Source: Rhizaria sp. SCN 62-66 (Eukaryota). Taken from it: a DNA stretch of 64,000 nt. The stretch is from positions 62,001-126,000 of the forward strand of contig MEDY01000076.1 in NCBI GenBank assembly GCA_001724265.1, written 5' to 3'. The position numbers and the translations under genes were made by a program. Under the pieces are notes generated by a model. The model saw only the letters and a list, made by a program, of their open reading frames with translations. It was not told the origin of the DNA and ran no database searches. Shown here one piece after another: positions 62,769-64,000 of the stretch (its first letter is position 1; each line of letters opens with the position of its first letter).

Positions 62769-63998
62769 CTAGCTCCCACCAGCGTGCTTGATGTTGCGGG
62801 AGGTGACGGGCGTTTGCGGACTGCTGTTGAATGAGAACGCAGAGCGTGGCTGAGACGGCTTGTTGTTGCGCGGGGACAGGGCAGCATCGTCAACAGGAAC
62901 AGCAGCGGTGACAGCGGAAGAGTTGTTCGTCTGCGTGACTGTGAGCACGAAGGGCAAACCGTTCGAAGCTAACGGCGACATGATAGCAGCTGCAGCTGTC
63001 GAAAAAGCAGGAATAGTGAGCATATGACCACGGCCAGATACGTCGTTGCTATTTTGACTGCCGTGGAGCGAACTGCTCGCAGTCGTCGAGGCAGAATATG
63101 GTATCATCGAGTTGCTACTGGACTGACCGACAACGAACGACTTGCCGGCCACAACACGCGCCGCGTCAGCATCAGCAGCAGCAGCAGTATTCTTATTGCT
63201 AGCGCTGATGTTGCCTGCGACAGGCAGCGGGGCGAGGCGCGGAAGCAGCAAGTCGACGACGCTCGCGTACAGTGCGAACCTCTGTGCGTGCGTTATGACA
63301 CCGGCCGAGGTTGACTGGAACGACGGCGGAGACACAGGGCGATGCTGGCTGCCGCTGATGCTGTTCGCGGTCTGAAGAGGCGCGAGTGCAAGTGCAGCCG
63401 CCACCGAAGCCGAGACGGGGGGTAGCGCGCGGACACTGGCCCTGAATGTGACAACAGCGCAGTCAACGTCAGTGCTAGAACTAGCAGTGCTAAGATTGTT
63501 GTGGCCGGTGGGCAGCACAATAGCAGACGTCGCGAGGAGGACGCTACGCGCGCTAGTCGCGATGCGGCGCAGCACTGCAGCCACAGCAGCAAGGTTGGTG
63601 GAGGACGCAGCGGCGGCAGCAGCAGCAGCAGCGCGTGAGAGCGCCTCACTGGCGTTCACCGTAGAGGTCGCACTGTTAGCGCTGTTAGCGCTGGCGGTGG
63701 ACAGGAACGCGTGCGAGATAGCTGCGAAGATGCCATCATAGCAGGGGGCAGAGACGGCGAACACGTGGTCAACAGCAGGAGCAGGCAGCGCCAACGTCAC
63801 ACAGTCACTCGCTGCGTTGCTCTTGTAGATGTGGTCGCCGCAAATAAGAGGAGCTGAGAGAATAAACAAAGGGAAGATGTGCACCTTGCGCTGGCTCGTC
63901 AGATGTAAGTGTCCCTCACCAGCGCCATTTGAGTGCGGTCCTTCGGAAGACAGTGGCTGAGATACGGGGCTTGGCTGAGAGACAGGGTTTGCCAGCGA
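62769..63998 (-). CDS. In-frame upstream continuation of the giant ORF, open to the window edge and ending at a single TAG
   Basis: Same frame as 21636-62744. Codon-by-codon reading finds no stop from 63998 to 62772. Amino-acid composition is the same on both sides of the TAG. Confidence 0.75.
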   Translation of the reverse strand, partial: SLANPVSQPSPVSQPLSSEGPHSNGAGEGHLHLTSQRKVHIFPLFILSAPLICGDHIYKSNAASDCVTLALPAPAVDHVFAVSAPCYDGIFAAISHAFLSTASANSANSATSTVNASEALSRAAAAAAAAASSTNLAAVAAVLRRIATSARSVLLATSAIVLPTGHNNLSTASSSTDVDCAVVTFRASVRALPPVSASVAAALALAPLQTANSISGSQHRPVSPPSFQSTSAGVITHAQRFALYASVVDLLLPRLAPLPVAGNISASNKNTAAAADADAARVVAGKSFVVGQSSSNSMIPYSASTTASSSLHGSQNSNDVSGRGHMLTIPAFSTAAAAIMSPLASNGLPFVLTVTQTNNSSAVTAAVPVDDAALSPRNNKPSQPRSAFSFNSSPQTPVTSRNIKHAGGS

Positions 63999-64000
63999 CA

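Noticed and set aside
62769-62771. Genome-wide reassignment of TAG to a sense codon
   Set aside because: Only one in-frame TAG in more than 14,000 codons and none in the other gene models; a reassigned codon would normally be used more often.
62766-63270. An intron removing the TAG (minus-strand GTACGC at 63270 to TAG/CAG at 62769/62766)
   Set aside because: Lengths of 502 or 505 nt would shift the frame, and the interval is open, coding-like sequence rather than AT-rich intron.
21765-63741. Many 60-300 aa ORFs antisense to or out of frame with the giant ORF, and the 645-aa antisense ORF at 16326-18263
   Set aside because: Shadow ORFs expected from GC-rich, Ala/Ser-biased coding DNA; no motifs or independent gene structure.
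1-64000. CRISPR arrays, tRNA/rRNA genes, prokaryotic operons or IS elements
   Set aside because: None seen. Repeats are coding microsatellites and the genes have spliceosomal introns.

Overview
Eukaryotic (probably protist) nuclear DNA with GC-rich exons, short GT-AG introns of about 120-240 nt, and proteins inflated by low-complexity Ala/Gln/Asn/Ser/Gly tracts. The first 19 kb holds six spliced genes: an eL34 (RPL34) copy with two mutually compensating frameshifting deletions, a bacterial-type class I glutamine amidotransferase with a mitochondrial-like presequence, COG4, aminoacylase-1, nicotinamidase and a 1915-aa FCP1/SCP-type HAD phosphatase. At about 19.1-21.5 kb lies a heavily decayed non-LTR retrotransposon. 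The rest of the window (21636 to the right edge) is one minus-strand reading frame of more than 14,100 codons with no detectable intron, broken only by a single in-frame TAG (context AGC-TAG-CAG) at 62769-62771. Its product has no family I recognise, but it carries at least ten dispersed copies of a degenerate helical motif. Gene models were spliced by hand; no database searches were run.
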